A DNA stretch of 64,000 nucleotides, from positions 3,067-67,066 of the forward strand of contig DASTCT010000086.1 of NCBI GenBank assembly GCA_035710845.1, given 5' to 3'. Below the pieces are notes generated by a model. It was not told the DNA's origin, did not search any database, and saw only the letters and a program-made list of their open reading frames with translations. The translations under genes and the position numbers were made by a program. The stretch comes from Candidatus Angelobacter sp. (lineage in GTDB: Bacteria > Acidobacteriota > Terriglobia > Terriglobales > Acidobacteriaceae). Shown in pieces: positions 62,486 to 64,000 of the stretch (its first letter is position 1; the number at the start of each line of letters is the position of its first letter).

Positions 62486-63441
62486 TGTGCGATCCGAGCC
62501 TCCGCAAGTTGTGCCATCTCTGCTTTAACAATTTCTTCGAGACCCTTCGCTATAAAAAATGCCGGCGCCCAGCCAAGCTCGCGCCGCGCCTTAGCGATAT
62601 CGGCCCGAAGATGCTGCCGGTCAGTGAGACGCACGTGGCGCTCTTCCGTAATAATGTCCAGCTTCACGCCTGCGGTTTGTCCCATGATCTCCACCACTCG
62701 CGCGATTGAACACTCCTGACCTGAAGCAAGGTTGTAAACCTCAGCAACCTGTTTGCCTGAAGACAGCAGTTCACCGATTTTCATCAGCGCCTGCACCAGA
62801 TCGGCAACATAGATGAAATCGCGGAAGGTATCTGTGCGGCCCATGCGTACTTTGCCGCCTTCCATTACTTGCTTGAGCACGGCTGGGATTACGTGAGGAT
62901 TGGTTTCATCCGGCCCGTAAACGTTAAAGAACCGCCCCAACACATAAGACAGGCCGCTCTCATCGGCATAGTGCCTGACCACCCTTTCGCCCAAGACTTT
63001 GCTCAATCCATAAACATCTGACGGGGCAGTGGAGTCAGTCTCCTTGTGAAAGACGGAAGATGTGTCATAAACAGCGGCGCTTGAAGCAAAAAAGACTCCC
63101 TTGAGTCCTTCACATTTTTGTGCCGCTCGCATCACGTTGACTGTACCTTCCACGTTTACTCGAATCGTTTCAGCTGGATGGTCATTGCAATAAGGAATGT
63201 AGTGAATGGCCGCTAAATGAAAGATCAACTCAGGCTTGAATTCCTGGAGAGACGCGCTTAACCGGTCGAAATCCAGAACATCTCCGTCCACCAGAGTCGC
63301 CTGTTCTCGCCACTGCAGGCGCTCTGCCCGATGGCCAGCAAAAAAATTGTCATAGGCCCATACTTGATGGCCCTCGCGAAGGAGTGCGGCAACAAAATGT
63401 GCGCCAATGAATCCCGCTCCTCCCGTTACTGCAATCCTCAT
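62482..63441 (-). CDS. NAD-dependent epimerase/dehydratase (SDR extended family)
   Basis: ATG at 63441 gives MRIAVTGGAGFIGAHF. YxxxK appears as YGLSK. ATGA overlap with the upstream gene. Confidence 0.9.
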   Translation of the reverse strand: MRIAVTGGAGFIGAHFVAALLREGHQVWAYDNFFAGHRAERLQWREQATLVDGDVLDFDRLSASLQEFKPELIFHLAAIHYIPYCNDHPAETIRVNVEGTVNVMRAAQKCEGLKGVFFASSAAVYDTSSVFHKETDSTAPSDVYGLSKVLGERVVRHYADESGLSYVLGRFFNVYGPDETNPHVIPAVLKQVMEGGKVRMGRTDTFRDFIYVADLVQALMKIGELLSSGKQVAEVYNLASGQECSIARVVEIMGQTAGVKLDIITEERHVRLTDRQHLRADIAKARRELGWAPAFFIAKGLEEIVKAEMAQLAEARIAQ

Positions 63442-64000
63442 TGGGTCACTCCGTTCCCTGATTTCGCGCTCATAATCGCTACCTGCCCACGGTGGGCTGC
63501 AGGCAATTCCCAGCGTGATGAATCTTGAATAAACTGCTTCATCCAAAGTCCCAAGCAAACCGGCAGCCAATAACTCTGGTCAACTGTTGTGGAGTTACGC
63601 AGGCTTGCGACTAAACTCTTCACATCAACAAAATTTTCCAGCTCGTGATTGTCTTCAATCAGATCGGCGCAGCGCCTGAACCAGAACTGTTCTGCCATGC
63701 CGAATCCGAGCTTGGTTCGGTTCCAGGCAATCTCATCCGGCAAGCGGCCATCCATAGCCCGGCGCAGAGCATATTTGCTGTAGCCGCTGTGTAACTTCAT
63801 GCGTTCCGGCAACGCGGCGCAGTACTCCACCAACTCTGGATCAAGAAATGGCACCCGCGTTTCAATGGAGAAACGCATGGCATTGCGGTCAAGATGCCGT
63901 AAAAGCTGAGGCAAATTGAAGCGGGTTACATCAGCATCAAGCCGGTGTTGTAATGGCCCTTTGCGCCATTGCTCAACCCATGTGCGTTCGTGATCCTCAT
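63438..64000 (-). CDS. Asparagine synthase (glutamine-hydrolysing) family protein, C-terminal part (5' end outside the window)
   Basis: Open to the window edge. DRNAMRFSIETRVPFLDPELVEY..LP...K...KY.LR is typical of the AsnB C-terminal domain found in EPS loci. Confidence 0.8.
   Translation of the reverse strand, partial: EDHERTWVEQWRKGPLQHRLDADVTRFNLPQLLRHLDRNAMRFSIETRVPFLDPELVEYCAALPERMKLHSGYSKYALRRAMDGRLPDEIAWNRTKLGFGMAEQFWFRRCADLIEDNHELENFVDVKSLVASLRNSTTVDQSYWLPVCLGLWMKQFIQDSSRWELPAAHRGQVAIMSAKSGNGVTQ

Overview
The window looks like chromosomal DNA from an Acidobacteriota-type genome. This is inferred from a VWFA-related acidobacterial-type protein, a PadR gene coupled to an ADOP-prefix membrane gene, CarboxypepD_reg-like secreted proteins and GGGGTCCCC/GATC-type intergenic repeats. 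No database search was possible.

Layout:
- 0-12 kb: housekeeping genes (dnaX-ybaB-recR, bshC, Zn-ADH) plus a SET-domain protein.
- 12.1 kb: a tmRNA gene, followed by a histone-H1-like lysine-rich protein.
- 14.8-17.7 kb: lutABC.
- 17.8-24.4 kb: two DinB-family genes, an R2-like diiron protein, a frameshifted receiver gene, a structured tandem repeat, a membrane GGDEF cyclase and aqpZ.
- 24.6-30.1 kb: poorly coding accessory region of orphan genes preceded by duplicated promoter/leader elements.
- 30-37 kb: transport and protease genes.
- 37.3-48.5 kb: the most interesting block (below).
- 49.5-64 kb: Wzx/Wzy-type exopolysaccharide locus.

The 37.3-48.5 kb block starts with a sigma-54 enhancer-binding protein that lacks an N-terminal sensor domain and carries a C-terminal PilZ-like domain. 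It is divergent from two tandem minus-strand operons. One encodes a 7TM-HD-GYP-GAF-GGDEF protein plus a peptide ABC importer. The other encodes an S8 subtilase with a hexapeptide-repeat tail plus a stand-alone copy of the same 7TM module. Each operon is preceded by a -24/-12-like promoter, an IHF-like site and TGTNACA repeats.

All functional calls rest on motif recognition in the supplied translations and direct reading of the DNA.
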